The notes beneath the pieces are model-generated. The model searched no databases, had not been told where the DNA came from, and saw only the letters and a list, made by a program, of their open reading frames with translations. A stretch of 63,482 bases of DNA, the filler included, from Octopus bimaculoides (Eukaryota): NCBI RefSeq assembly GCF_001194135.2. It is 7 parts of 7 records of this genome, joined end to end, with 100 filler letters (N's around TTAATTAATTAA, not from the genome) between each part and the next. Parts side by side here need not be neighbours in the genome. Positions count along the whole stretch, not along the records: positions 20,831 to 51,802 come from NC_068994.1; positions 51,903 to 58,417 come from NC_068982.1; positions 58,518 to 60,527 come from NC_068986.1; positions 60,628 to 63,482 come from NC_069003.1; 3 more parts are not named here. The stretch is one strand, 5' to 3'. A program made the position numbers and the translations under genes. Below, one piece after another: positions 48,225 through 62,580 of this stretch. Numbering within the stretch: position 1 is the first letter of the stretch; each line of letters begins with the position of its first letter.

Positions 48225-51200
48225 CTTGATCTGTGTTGTATAATTGTTATATAACATACACACACAAACACGCACACATGTGCGCGTGTTTGTATATGTG
48301 TAGACTGAGTTTGTTTGAATTTCTTGTTACAATACAAAAGAATGTGTTAGTAACAATAAGGTCTTCAAGGGTTACATTAGAGATTCTTGAATAATTCCAT
48401 ATATTTCAGATAAGATACTAAGCAACTAAGGAAAGCAGTTAAATACCAGTGCAATGTCTATCGTTAATTCGTAGGAGTTGTTGTCTTAATGGACCAACTT
48501 TAATGGAACAATCCAACAGCAAAATATGTCTTGTTAACATTTCTGACAAATCCATATCTTAATTGCTGTTAATTTTTGAGATAATTACACACTAAAATAC
48601 TCAATGTAGTTTTTGCTGTTGAGGCAATTTAAAATAAGGATTTTTCTCTTTATTACGCATGCTGTTTTGGTTGTTCAAAAATTGCTTTTGGCTTCCTGCC
48701 TTATCTTAACCCATAATTAACTATGTATTCTTTAAGCTGAAATTTTTTCAATATTAGCTTTATTTTACCTCACACATTTAAACAAGTAGCTTTAGTTTAA
48801 ACCTTTACATCTAGCAACGTGAAACTAATCTGCCTGGTTCTTGAAGCACGTATTTCAAGATTTCAATGTAACAGAATCTTATCACAAGTTTTTGATTTTC
48901 TTTTCCTCATTCCACTTGCTTCTCATGTGTTACAGTTTATCTCTTCCCCCACCTCATAGGATAGACTCCACCTTATTACCTTCTATTAATCTAATCCTCG
49001 TGTTAATCTTATAATCCTAAATGGTGTTCATCCATTACGTTGGCCTCTTGGAGTATGTCCTTTCCCAAGCTTGATTCTCATAGGTATGCGATGTAATTAC
49101 AAGAAAATGAATCAGTCAGGGAGAAACTATCAGGAATTTACCTCTACTATGAGGTCCTAGAACATGTTATATGGTATAGCGATATGTAAATAAGATACTA
49201 CTTGAAGGCAGGTAACTCAATACATGACAAGGATAGACTCCCGTCATGTTATTCTGGCCACTATCAGATCGCATATGGTTCTGTATCTTATTGGTTTGTT
49301 TTGAACACGACAATATCTTGTTATATAAGGGGTTCCTTTGAAGTTGACTGTTCAACTAGAATTGGGTTCATAAGAGAGATGTGCAGTTCTGTGCTTGAAT
49401 TTACTCTTTTGGTTCAGTGTACCATTGAGTCCTGCATTCCTGGTTGTTTTAACCAAATATGATCTCAACACTTCTTTGTCATTAGTATCCAGTTTTTTTC
49501 CTTCATTTCCTTGTATATAGTCACCAAGTTCCAAGGATGAGGACTTTTCCTGCACACTTAGTGTGCCTCTCCACCCGCTGTCACTTCCTGGACATGTATC
49601 TGATGGATTATCTTCATCTATCTGATGGATTATTTGCATGAAGGTAAAAAAGACTGACATGAAGGAGGCAGTGTTAGGTCTTGGGGGTGGGGGTCTTTAT
49701 TTTCTTCCTTATGTTTTTTTGTTATTAATGCCTTCATCTCTCTCGTTGCAGTCTTAGCTTGCCCATCGATTGTGGAAGTCATAGATTGAAAGTAATTTGG
49801 CAGAAGTTTTACACTTTGCTAAACTTTATGAATTCTGTAGACATTTGTGAGCAATTGAAATCAAAATACTTGGAATTCCATATCTGACAAAAATTGATTT
49901 CAGTTGAAACTGGTTTGAACTCACATTGAAGAGCTACAGTTATGAATGAGTTGTTTCCCTTATATGAGTACTACCGTTTACGCGGGCATTAAAATACCAG
50001 CTTCTTATAGTTGAACAAAGTTTTATGCGAGAATAACAAAATATTATTACAGTAACGTTTGAATTTTGGTGTTATTAACCTTTAAAATTTAAGAACAGGT
50101 TTTGAAAAGTATGATAATACGAACGTTTGGATATGAAAGTATCTTTTCTCTGAGAGAGCTGCTTGAGAAAAAAAAAAGCTACTGTAATGGTGGACCACTC
50201 ATTGAAGAGAAATTTGAGTTTCTTCTAATAATGGTACTTCCGTTTTTAAGACCGAGTTGACAAGAGTTTTTGTTAATATTTTTGGATTTTTCATTTGGTT
50301 TACAGTTTGTATTTGTAAGCTGCACTGAAAGGCAATTTTTAAACTGATTCTGAAGGCACAGAAACAGCTACGGAACACTCCTACTTAGAACACATAAAAA
50401 TACTCTCCTTAGAGATGAAACAAATTACTACTAACATGGTTTTTCGTCAGGCTTCTGAAGGCTTCTCCAAGTGTATGAGACTGTATTAACTGAAAAGTGT
50501 ACGAGCAAATTTTGACAAGATTGGTTTTATCGTTCATCAAGATTTCTGAGTTGGGTGTACAACTAACTAGAGCTGGCTGTAACATCATTGGTGGAACAAT
50601 TTCAATTAGCAAAAATTTACTGACATGTGATAGAAGGGGTATTTAGTGAATTTCACTGTTGATGGAGATCAGCTAACAGTTCTGTGAGAAACAACTTCCG
50701 TCCCTAGCCTTTACTTGACAGATGCTGTGACACTGTTGTCATCAATGTGGAGCTTTTATATCATTGGAGAATATTCTGATATTACATTAATCATAGTTTG
50801 CAGATTGTGTCTGGCACTACAAACAAGCACTGCATATCTTTGCTGATGCACTAAAACAGCAGTATATCGGGGTCAATGCTGAGAACCAGCTAGGAGCTAC
50901 TACGTACATTTTATTGAGGTTTTCACTGGGACATTGCACCAGTATTTTTTTTTATTACGAGTGGCTATGGCTTCGACCATGCTGTGGGTCCTGATTTCTT
51001 TGCTCTTGGGGGTTATCCTTCCGATGGATTTCATTCTAGAGTGTCCTGGCTACAACACCATGTCTCATTGGTACAGAAAACCATGATGACATTTTCGGAG
51101 AATTGCTTATGATGTGGGTGATATCCTCGATATTAACTCCACAAAGTCTGCATCAGTTGTCACATTTTACTGCTTTTCCGGCATCTTTATCCCTTTTGTG

Positions 51201-51387
51201 CATCATATGTATGTATATGAAGGCACTTGAACAATATTGTAAATTTAAGATAACACAAAAGATAAAATAAACAACAAAAAGTAAAACAAAGAAAGAACAT
51301 GTGAAACAATGCTTCTTGATTTTTTTTCTTTTCATTCAATTTTATTCAATAGGAAGAAAATTTGCACCAAATGCCTCTCTGAAATAT

Positions 51388-51462
51388 ATAGTAGCTCACC
51401 TATGGCCCTGCCCCTAGGGGACAGGATAGTAGCTCACCTATGGCCCTGCCCTAGGGGACAGG
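51388..51462. repeat. 38/37-bp tandem duplication containing a palindrome
   Basis: ATAGTAGCTCACCTATGGCCCTGCCC(C)TAGGGGACAGG occurs twice. Confidence 0.9.
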
Positions 51463-51725
51463 ATAACTGCAGACAAACAACTGACCACCCCACCCCAAAC
51501 ATGGCCGATTTCATAGACAGTTTTTACAAAAAATAGCTCTTTCGTGTATTTTGATGTATCAATGTAAGTATAATTCTATGTCAGTCTGAATGTATATATG
51601 ATTGCAGACATACATATATATACACACACACACAAACATGTATATATGTATGTATTGTATATACACATAAAATTATATATATATATCAATCATATATCTT
51701 GCATTTATTATGACACACACACATG

Positions 51726-51802
<77 letters not shown>

Positions 51803-51903
51803 NNNNNNNNNNNNNNNNNNNNNNNNNNNNNNNNNNNNNNNNNNNNTTAATTAATTAANNNNNNNNNNNNNNNNNNNNNNNNNNNNNNNNNNNNNNNNNN
51901 NNA

Positions 51904-51951
<48 letters not shown>

Positions 51952-52479
51952 TATATGAATACATATGCATGCATATAGGTATGTATGTATGTATGTTTGT
52001 ATGTATGTATGTATGTATGTATGTATGTATGTATACCGGTATGACATATGTAATGATTATAGTGTAATTTCAGAAAGCACTTCAATATATTTTTAGATGA
52101 GATATTTGACATTTGTATTACATTTCCATTTTCAGTATTTTGTAAATTGGTTTTTCGTTTTGTCTGCTGTTCCGGGTAGATTTGCTTTTAAAGCAGATTA
52201 AAGGTAATTCATAAGACATGTTTAAAATAATTTTTGATTAACTTTAGTTATTTTATGAAGTTTATTTCTGGGTTTGATAGTATGTTTTATAAATTACTCT
52301 ATTTATGTTATATATTTTGTCAAGTGGAGTTTTCTCTCCGAGTATCACGTCGTTTGAAGATTTGCTCAAGTTAATGTAGAAAAATTATTTCTGTCGTGAG
52401 CATTTTGTATTATTGGCAAAAACGCTGGAAGGCTGTACACATGTCTTTGCTATGGTATTTGTTTCAAAGCCATACCGAT

Positions 52480-52960
52480 TTACATTCTGAGATTAAATCT
52501 GGGAATCTATAAAACTACCAATCAATTCTCTGGGTTGATTTTTATGTATTAACTCTTCTCGTGGAAAAGTCAGTAGACTAGACATTGAAATGCCACTCTC
52601 GTCTGAAGTAGCTGCATCAGGTTTTGCTGTCATCTCAACACTATGTGCCGACGTCAGCTCTGCGGATCGCAACATCTATGCATGCCGTTAGTTTATCTTT
52701 CTCTCAGACTTCGTTTTTAACTAAGTGTTTATGTTGTCCTTCCAACATATCTTATGTCAGACTTTAGTGCAGGTTTATCCGTGACGGTAGAACCAAGGAT
52801 GTAAACTTATGGACTACCGTTCATAGCCGTCAATAGCAATGATAGAGAAGTGCTCAATAACTTGACCCAACACTTCTGTCTTCTTGAGGTCGACGGTCAA
52901 ATAAAAGTTATGTGAAGCTCTTCTGAGAATCCGCGAGATATGGCAGTTGCTAATACGAGT
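52480..52960 (-). mobile_element. Degenerate RTE-type LINE fragment
   Basis: LTVDLKKTEVLGQ...IDGYE..VHKFTSLGSTVTDK resembles RTE GLTINLKKTEV...FTYLGS. Confidence 0.6.
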
Positions 52961-53268
52961 GTGTTGACAGTGTTGAATTTCTGGAAAATAGAATGTCTCT
53001 GATGAATAAGATACATTTCCAAATATAATTTATCGATGTAAAGAACATGTCATACTCACGACATTAACTAGAAATGATTTTTCCTACATTCCCGGGTGAT
53101 ATGTCGAGACTAGAACACTGTGTCTTATTTGAATCGTCTAGTTGGTCTCGGGAATAGCTATGCCTTATAATATCACTTGCACACACATTCACGCATATAC
53201 ATACATACATAGACATATACATGTATGAATTCATACGCAGAAACACATACATAGACAAACAGACAAAA

Positions 53269-53315
<47 letters not shown>

Positions 53316-54707
53316 TGCATGTATGTATATACATATACATATATATCACAGGCATCTGATAACTTGAATATGGAGAGTTGTCATCGGTATTGGTTTATTT
53401 ACGTTGCCGTACTATAACGTCTAGGTAAAATAAACCTACGGACTAAATACCAAACGTTGAAACATAAATGCCAACGTCAATTTGTTCGACAACACGTTGC
53501 AAAGTGGTGCCCCAGCATGGCCGTGGTCCAGTGAGTGAAACAAGAAAAAAAATGAAAGATAAGCTAAAAGTGTTCTCGTTAAAACATGGTTGCATATATA
53601 TTTTAAAATACAAATATGCAAAGCAAATATCATATCCATGGTTGAAGACTAAAGTAGAGTGAAAATAAAATTACTTTTTTTTTAAATCGATAACTATATA
53701 ATGTTTATCTAAAGAATTTTCAGAGCTACTGTCTGGTTGAGAAATAGACTATGCAAATATATATATATATATATANNNNNNNNNNNNNNNNNNNNNNNNN
53801 NNNNNNNNNNNNNNNNNNNNNNNNNNNNNNNNNNNNNNNNNNNNNNNNNNNNNNNNNNNNNNNNNNNNNNNNNNNNNNNNNNNNNNNNNNNNNNNNNNNN
53901 NNNNNNNNNNNNNNNNNNNNNNNNNNNNNNNNNNNNNNNNNNNNNNNNNNNNNNNNNNNNNNNNNNNNNNNNNNNNNNNNNNNNNNNNNNNNNNNNNNNN
54001 NNNNNNNNNNNNNNNNNNNNNNNNNNNNNNNNNNNNNNNNNNNNNNNNNNNNNNNNNNNNNNNNNNNNNNNNNNNNNNNNNNNNNNNNNNNNNNNNNNNN
54101 NNNNNNNNNNNNNNNNNNNNNNNNNNNNNNNNNNNNNNNNNNNNNNNNNNNNNNNNNNNNNNNNNNNNNNNNNNNNNNNNNNNNNNNNNNNNNNNNNNNN
54201 NNNNNNNNNNNNNNNNNNNNNNNNNNNNNNNNNNNNNNNNNNNNNNNNNNNNNNNNNNNNNNNNNNNNNNNNNNNNNNNNNNNNNNNNNNNNNNNNNNNN
54301 NNNNNNNNNNNNNNNNNNNNNNNNNNNNNNNNNNNNNNNNNNNNNNNNNNNNNNNNNNNNNNNNNNNNNNNNNNNNNNNNNNNNNNNNNNNNNNNNNNNN
54401 NNNNNNNNNNNNNNNNNNNNNNNNNNNNNNNNNNNNNNNNNNNNNNNNNNNNNNNNNNNNNNNNNNNNNNNNNNNNNNNNNNNNNNNNNNNNNNNNNNNN
54501 NNNNNNNNNNNNNNNNNNNNNNNNNNNNNNNNNNNNNNNNNNNNNNNNNNNNNNNNNNNNNNNNNNNNNNNNNNNNNNNNNNNNNNNNNNNNNNNNNNNN
54601 NNNNNNNNNNNNNNNNTATATATATATATACATATATATATATACATACACATACATATATATACATATATATATATAAATACACGTATACATACATATA
54701 TATACAT

Positions 54708-54740
<33 letters not shown>

Positions 54741-55756
54741 CATACATACATACATACATACATAGATACATACATACATACATACCTACATACATACATA
54801 CATAGAAGCGAGTCGTCAACATACAATGAAGCGAGTTTAAGTTTCTTATTGATTAGATTTGTAAGCAAATGTATCTTGAAGTTTAAAATATGTATTCAGC
54901 TATTCAAATAAAGGGATATGAGAGGAATAAAATCCCAGTGCTCCTCCACTCTGAATTGATAGCTTAACAGAGCGTGATTAGATAAGTTGTGTATTACACA
55001 CACACACACACACACATACACACACATACAAACACAGATATGTATATGCATATATCCATATATACGTGTGTGTATGTATATATGTATATATATGTGTGTG
55101 TGTGGGCATATTTATATATTCTTATATAAATGTATGTAGGTATAAATATTTAGATATTTATATGTGTATGTATGTGTGTGTACGGGAATGTATAGGTTTG
55201 TGCATGTGTGCATTTGTGTGCACATAGTTTCATTCCTGACCAATATATTCGACTACAAAATCATACTGTCTTAGCTAAATTTTCCCTGTATGTATATTAT
55301 TATATTGTATTTCTTGTTGAAAAATGTTCAGATCCATAACTTAGTATTTCTTAATGGGGTTTTAATAATTGTAAGCTTTTGTATAGTTAAAAATATATAG
55401 CCTTGGTTTTTGTCATAGTTAAAAATATTTTTAAGAAACTAGGTATCTTTAAAAAATATTCACATCGTTAAGAAACTGTATGCAAACGCGTTTTATGAGT
55501 CAAAAATCTAAGAAAACGGGATAACAGAAATACAAGGAGCTGTAAATACCGATGGGAAGTAAGTCAGTTTAGTTTTATAAGTAGATCAGAATTAGACAGA
55601 ATGGATTATAGCTGAGAAGTGGGAAGCCAACATCGTGTGAAAATTTTTGTTGAATTTTTAACTATTTAAACATTCTGCTATATGAAAATGATTAGAAGAA
55701 GAGATAAGTTTTTCTCTTTTATCTTTTCCACAAGAGAAATAAGTCATCTGTAATAT

Positions 55757-55963
55757 TGGTTTCAAATTATATCACAATGTTGGCAGTTTGTGTGGGGAAA
55801 GGCTAAGTAGATTAAATTGACCCCAGCTGTGCTTACTTTATCGACCCCAAAAAGATAAAAGGGAAACTCAATCCTGGAGGAATTTGAAGTCAGAACATAA
55901 AGACAGACGAAATGTTTCTATGAATTTCGCCTACCGTGCTAACGATTCTACCAGCTCACCACG
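55757..55963 (-). mobile_element. SINE family B copy
   Basis: Reverse-complement family B motifs. Confidence 0.7.
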
Positions 55964-56726
55964 TTGTAAATGTTTTTGTTAAGGTAACATAAACCCAGAA
56001 TGTGACATTGTTGTCACGGTATTGTATATATTTCTTTTATATTTAACGAACTCGAAAGGATTGTAAACTGTAATTTTACCACTAATATTTAATGAACTAT
56101 GGTAGAACGGGATGAAATTCCAAATCGGAACCTCTATAATCCATGAACATATATACCATTAATATTAGTTTGAAATTCATTAAATTATATCGTCATCTGG
56201 TGGTTTAACATTAAACTAATATGCACAAAACCTTCAGTTGCAATGTATTATCACAAACGGACTTTATGAAAATGTGTGCATGTCAAGCCGCATTGCCTAT
56301 ATAATTTTTGTTCGTACAACGGCTAACAGAACTGGTGTACGTATCAGTAGGGCCGTAAAGCTGAATAGGGATGGAGGTGGCTTTGCAATCATGAAATCAA
56401 GCTCGAAGTCACTGCATGGCGGCTTGACCATTTTCCATAGCCTTCAGATAACACATTATTTGTGAGTGGAATTCGGTGAATACAAACCGCATAGAAGCCC
56501 GACACATTAATTGCACACTTTTTCAGAAAAGGTACTGCATTGGGGCACACTATATCACGCTAATTCTACCTCAGAATTCCGGTAAATGTAACCTTGTCTT
56601 TGAAATACTTAAGAACTTTCACGTTAATTTAGGTGGAGATAATACAGTGGGTCGAACAGCTGATGTTACATCGTTGAACGACAGAAATCCATTGCATATA
56701 CCCACATGTATATTACATATACGTAT

Positions 56727-56764
<38 letters not shown>

Positions 56765-57299
56765 CTGTGTGTATGCATGCATGTATGTATATATGTATGT
56801 ATTATAACAGAAAAATGGTCATGTTGCGTGTAACAGTGTTATTACTAAATGTAGAGTACGTAATTGTCTGTGTTATGATGTTTGAATATATGCTAAAATA
56901 TTTCTTAGTAATATAACTCGAAAAACGTTTATTATTGACAATGATGTAGCGGTTCATTGCAAGACTCGTAACGTATTTTATCTAATACATTGTTGTGATC
57001 ATGGTATACAATATATGGGACAAACTACTCAGACACAGACGTTGAAAATGGATTGTTATTCTGTTATGTGTTTCAGCCTTATGGCTGCGGCCATTCTGGG
57101 GTACCACTAGTGAAATATATTTGTATACATTTTACAAAACATTGCTCTAGATTTGGAAGTTGTAGAGTGGAAGTTATTGATCAGGTTGCGGGTACTGATT
57201 AAGGCACTAAGCAACTGCTTCTGAGGAAAGAAACATTTCGGTTTAGAGTATTGCGTATTATTCATGTACTTACTCTGAATGGTATGTTAAGAACACATA

Positions 57300-57900
57300 T
57301 TAAAAGAAAACAGTGCAGGAAGAAAACATAGCGACGCTTTTAGATTAAATGAGAGCAAGAAGCTGGACATAGACATTTCTGAGATATGACGCAAACTTGA
57401 AATTTTATGTGGGAAAAGAATACTATAAACGCTTTTTTCAAACGTCTTGTTCTCTGTCCATACTTAAAAATCTCTTAGATGTATGCGAGAGTGATGTAAC
57501 AAACGTTAAGTACTTAATTGGTTGTTTTCGTTGCAGATTAATTAAAGCAGTCAAGGAAATGGCAAATAAAGGGAAAACTAAATACGTCAAGATACCTTTC
57601 ATTTGTAATTCCATTGATACTCTTTGTTTAAGTACAATAATTAAGAATAGGAGGACGGTGTTCAGTATAAACGCAATAAGCGTAAAAGGTTGTACTGTAG
57701 GTGACAGACTGGTTGAGTATAGCAAGTACTCACTGAACGTGAACCTGGCAAATATCTGGAGGAATAATCTTGAAACTTGTGATTGCGATAAATCGGAAAT
57801 ATGTTTCTGAGTGGACGTGCATGCTTGTTAGAGGGATTTTGACATTTGTTTAAGTAGGGATTAGAGAATGTATTAATGGGGATTAGAGAATGATTATGGA
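57300..57900 (+). mobile_element. Probable Penelope-like element ORF remnant
   Basis: 137-aa ORF with YVKIPFICNSIDTLCLSTII and a terminal CDC..SE..F, resembling the region upstream of Penelope RT (by eye). Confidence 0.4.
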
Positions 57901-58160
57901 GATTTATGCAAAATACAGTAAGCCGTGTAGAATATATCACAGAAAATAATTTTAAAATCGATCAGCGGTTTTAATAAGTCTTAAATAATAAGTTGAAGAG
58001 AAATTTAGAAAGAGTAGAAAAAGAATTACTACTTTGTCACTGGTATGCACGAGAGGATAGCAAGTGCCTATGTATGCAAGTATGTAGGTATGTACATATG
58101 TATGTATCTATGTATGGACGTATGTGTTTATGTACGTCGGTATGTATGTGTGTATGTGTA

Positions 58161-58300
58161 TAGCCTGCTTACCAACCAGATGGTTCCGAGTTCAGACCCA
58201 CTGCGTGGCACCTTCGGCAAGTGTCTTCTACTATTGCTTCGGACCAACCAAAGACTTATGAGTGGATTTGGTATACGGAAACTGAAAGAAGCCCGTCGTA
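58161..58300 (+). mobile_element. SINE family A partial copy
   Basis: Core nearly identical to 3870-4005. Confidence 0.8.
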
Positions 58301-58324
58301 TGTATGAAAAAATATGTGTGTGTG

Positions 58325-58380
<56 letters not shown>

Positions 58381-58517
58381 AGCGTGTGTACATATATACA
58401 CACATAGATGGATTGTTNNNNNNNNNNNNNNNNNNNNNNNNNNNNNNNNNNNNNNNNNNNNTTAATTAATTAANNNNNNNNNNNNNNNNNNNNNNNNNNN
58501 NNNNNNNNNNNNNNNNN

Positions 58518-58564
<47 letters not shown>

Positions 58565-58825
58565 TGAGAGTGCAGCGAGGTGCAGGGTAGAAGTAACATG
58601 AATAGAAAGTTGAGAATCAGTCAAGGTGTGGGGAAACATATGAAAGTGAGAAAGGAAAGTGCAGGAAAAGGGGGGAAAGTAAGAGACATAGAGAGAGAGG
58701 AAGAGAGACAGAGAGACAGAAACAGAGATAGAGAGAGAGAGAAAAAGAGAGAAAGAGTGTGTAAGAGGTGGCAGACTATAAGGATCATATGAGGGGAAGG
58801 AACGTTTAGACCACGGAACACTCAT

Positions 58826-59760
58826 TCATACAAATATTATGGCATACTCACCCATAGACACACACACACGTACATACATGAATGTATATATATATATATG
58901 ATCTCGTATGTAGGGATATGAAGACGCACACGCATACCCATATTGTATCATATCCACATATACACAAGCTTACGCATAAAAAACGCATGAAGCACGCACA
59001 GAGAAGCACGCTTTTAAATACATACACACACACACATATATAGAAGCATACACATGCGCAAATGCTTAGTCATATGGATGTGCATACGCGTGCGCAAATA
59101 TGCACGCACATACTAACTTGCACATAAGCATACACACATGCGAGCAAATCTAGGCAAATACACACACATATATATGAAAAACACGTACGAACACATCCAC
59201 ACGTAACTGTATATGTGCATGCACACAGCCATACGTACACGCATACGCAAGTGTTCAACAAACACAGTCTCAAGGACGCAGTTGTGCATACATCCGCAAA
59301 TCCGCACATACAGATATACCATTGTATATATACATGAAAATATACATAATAAGCATAGAACTATATGTATGAGTGCATATTGAACATTTACACACAAACA
59401 AGCGCGTACACAAAAAATTACAAACACACAAGAGATAAAAGACACACATAGACACTCGAAAACACGCTCATTCACGCAAGCATCTTTAGCTCCATATGTG
59501 AAACCACACACACACATACAGATTTGTATAATTTCACCCCCATGAGCGCACATCTAGGTATATGCATGAAAAATATATGCATGAAAACATCGTTACACAT
59601 TCTGGCATAGACATACGCAAACACAACACAGACACACAAACCTATAAATATAATGCAGACACACATATATCAACGCACTTACACTCTCATACACACACAC
59701 AGAGATAAAACACACATTTGCACAGACATAAACACTTAGAAGACGGCACACACACCAAAC
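58826..59760. repeat. ~0.9-kb degenerate CA/TA-rich low-complexity tract
   Basis: Decayed alternating purine-pyrimidine sequence; produces the MCVC/YV pseudo-ORFs. Confidence 0.8.
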
Positions 59761-61044
59761 ACAGAGGGAACGACAATTTGTCACGTCTAAAAAGATTCGC
59801 TAGGCACCACTGAAGTGGGGTTTTCCAAGAATATGACCCGGACATGACCTTTGACAATAGAACTCTCCTAGAAGAGTCCTTAGTGAAGAAACCAGAGGAG
59901 ATTGTGCTTTATTTTGTATTGTTTATTTATTAAAATTTTTACTTTCCGTGCAATTGCCTGTAAGTGATAAATTTCAGCTTCTGTAACAGCGTCCATATAT
60001 GTTTCTAAATACGTTCTATGGATTTTACTTGCGGCAGTATTTAAACTATCGCTTTCTCTCACTCTCACACTAACATACAATCACACAAGCATACAAGTTC
60101 ACATCGCGCACGCGCACACAAACACACACACACATACACATACATATGCATAGTTATGGTATATTCTGTTACGAACGTAGTAGAATACAGGATAAAGCTC
60201 GTTCACTTTCAGATTTCCCCCCGGTGCTATCCAATCGTAGTATTATACGTACTTCCACGCTTGTGAATAGATAATTGAAAAAATATGGAGTCAACACGAA
60301 GGAGCACGGTTGGACATTTATTTTCAATCACTGCAATTGTTTCTACGCAACGTAGTTCGCCAAGCATGCAGATACTTGATTATGCAACCGTTTCCCTGCA
60401 TTATGAAATCTAGTTGTGTTTCCTCAGCCGATATGGCAATATATAAGTATTTTTCCTGTAAGTTCAAATTCTCGGTTTCAAAATCATCCACTCATATATA
60501 TATATATATATACATTATATACATGTANNNNNNNNNNNNNNNNNNNNNNNNNNNNNNNNNNNNNNNNNNNNTTAATTAATTAANNNNNNNNNNNNNNNNN
60601 NNNNNNNNNNNNNNNNNNNNNNNNNNNTTTATTTATTTATTTATTTATTTATATTTCTGAATTCTATTTATTTATATATTTTTTGTTATACTCTTCTTAT
60701 TGGGGATTTTGTCTTGACTCACGTAAACCTACCTGTTTGTTTTTGTGTTATCTCGTCCTTTGAGTTGGTCTTTAATACCTTGGGCCCTTGCGGCCAATAA
60801 AAGAAATCGATGTTGTTATTACTGTTATTGTTTTATTTATTTGTTTTATATAATTTACATTTAAATTCTTTTTATTTTATTTAATTTTTTTAATTCGGAA
60901 TTTTGCTTTCTCAAATTCTTAATTTTTAATTGAATTAGCAAACAAAAAACAAAAAAACTTAATCTCATCAACTGCCTGAAAAGAAAGTATAAACAGAAAA
61001 AAAAACAAAAAACAAAAAAAAAACAGAAATAACAGTAGCAATGA

Positions 61045-61079
<35 letters not shown>

Positions 61080-61703
61080 GCAGCAGCAACAACAACAACG
61101 AGCAAAAGACAGAAAAGTTCGTCAACAGCAACGAGAAAAAGAAGACACAAATATTAAAGACAAATTTTCAGATAGCAGTTGGCATTAAGCCAGGCCAATT
61201 CTCTCTGTTGAAAAAATAGACGATTCTAGCCGTTGAAACTGGCTTGAAGCCAACGTTGTTGTCACGTTGCTATTGTTAGCAGGAGAAAATCTCAGAAACA
61301 TCACACAGGAACACATGTTTTATGTAAATACGTCAACATACCAACATATCGATACATCAATATATCAATATATATAATTGATAATGAAGAACTTTGTGGA
61401 TGCTCAAAGCAGACTTTATATTAAAGGTTATGTGGAGATTTACGCAGGGAGATTCTTGTAATCAACCCCTTTGCTTTTTTTTTTTGTTACCCCTTAGTGA
61501 GAAGGATGGAGAAGAGTAATACCTATCATCCTTTATTGTTTTTTTCAAGGCTTTCGGAACTGGTAGGAAAAAAAGAGTGAGTTATTCTCAAATGGAAGTC
61601 CGCGTCTGAATGCACGCAACAGCATAAATCTCACTTGATGCATTCAAGAACCCAATAATGGTGTTAAACAAGGTGACACACTATGTCTACTTCACAGCAC
61701 AAA

Positions 61704-62084
61704 CACGTGAGGGGTGCTGAAAAGTTCCTGGCTTTGGGTAAAAGAAAATACAGGAGTATTACTTAATTATTTTATTCAACGTATTCCCCTCTCAGATTCA
61801 CACACATATTGCAACGGTCCTTCAGTTTTTCTAAGCCCTGTAAAAGAACTCGGAAGTTTGGGGCTCCAGCCAGACATTTCGCCATATCCTTAATGCCAGG
61901 AACTTTTCAGTACCCCCTCGTGTTTACATATTATACACAGAAAAGTTCCTGGCTTTGGGTGAAAGAAAATACAAGAGGATTGCTTAATTATTTTATTCAA
62001 CATATTTTCTTCTCAAGTTCATACACTTATTGCAGCGGTCCATCAGTTTTTCTAAGCGCTGTAAAAGAACTCGGAAGTTTGGGC
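61704..62084. mobile_element. ~217-bp mariner-type MITE plus a partial tandem copy
   Basis: TIR GAGGGGTGCTGAAAAGTTCCTGGC (~61709-61732) pairs with GCCAGGAACTTTTCAGTACCCCCTC (61895-61919). 61940-62084 repeats 61720-61864. Confidence 0.8.
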
Positions 62085-62238
62085 CTGCCTAGAAAAAAAA
62101 AGCAATGTTACAGAAACATCGATGGCAATCCAAAACTAACAGGACCTGAGAGAGGGAGGCCTTGCCTCAAAGAATCATGGTAGAGCTGAAAATGAAGGGA
62201 CCTAACTGGAAAGAAGTGATGCAGAAATGAACAGTATA

Positions 62239-62580
62239 GGCGCAGGTGCGGCTGTGTAGTAAGAAGTTTGCTCCATAGCTACTTGGTCCCGGGTTCAGTC
62301 CCACTGCGTGGAACCTTGGGTAAGCGTCTTCGACTATAGCCTGGTCCGACCAAAGCATTGTGAGTGGATTTGGTAGGCAAAGGGAAAGTGAAGGAAGCCT
62401 GTCTTATATAAATGTGTGTGTGTGTGTGCGTGTTTGTCTTTTTGTCTGTGTCTTTGTGTCTGTGTTTGTCTCCTACCGCCACTTTACAACCGGTGTTGGT
62501 GTGTCTACATCCACGTAACTTTGCAGTTCGACAAAAGAGATCGATAGAATAAGTACCGAGGTCTGAAACAAGTAAAAGCA
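62239..62580 (+). mobile_element. Near full-length SINE family A
   Basis: Head GGCGCAGG.., core, (TG)n and tail. Confidence 0.85.
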
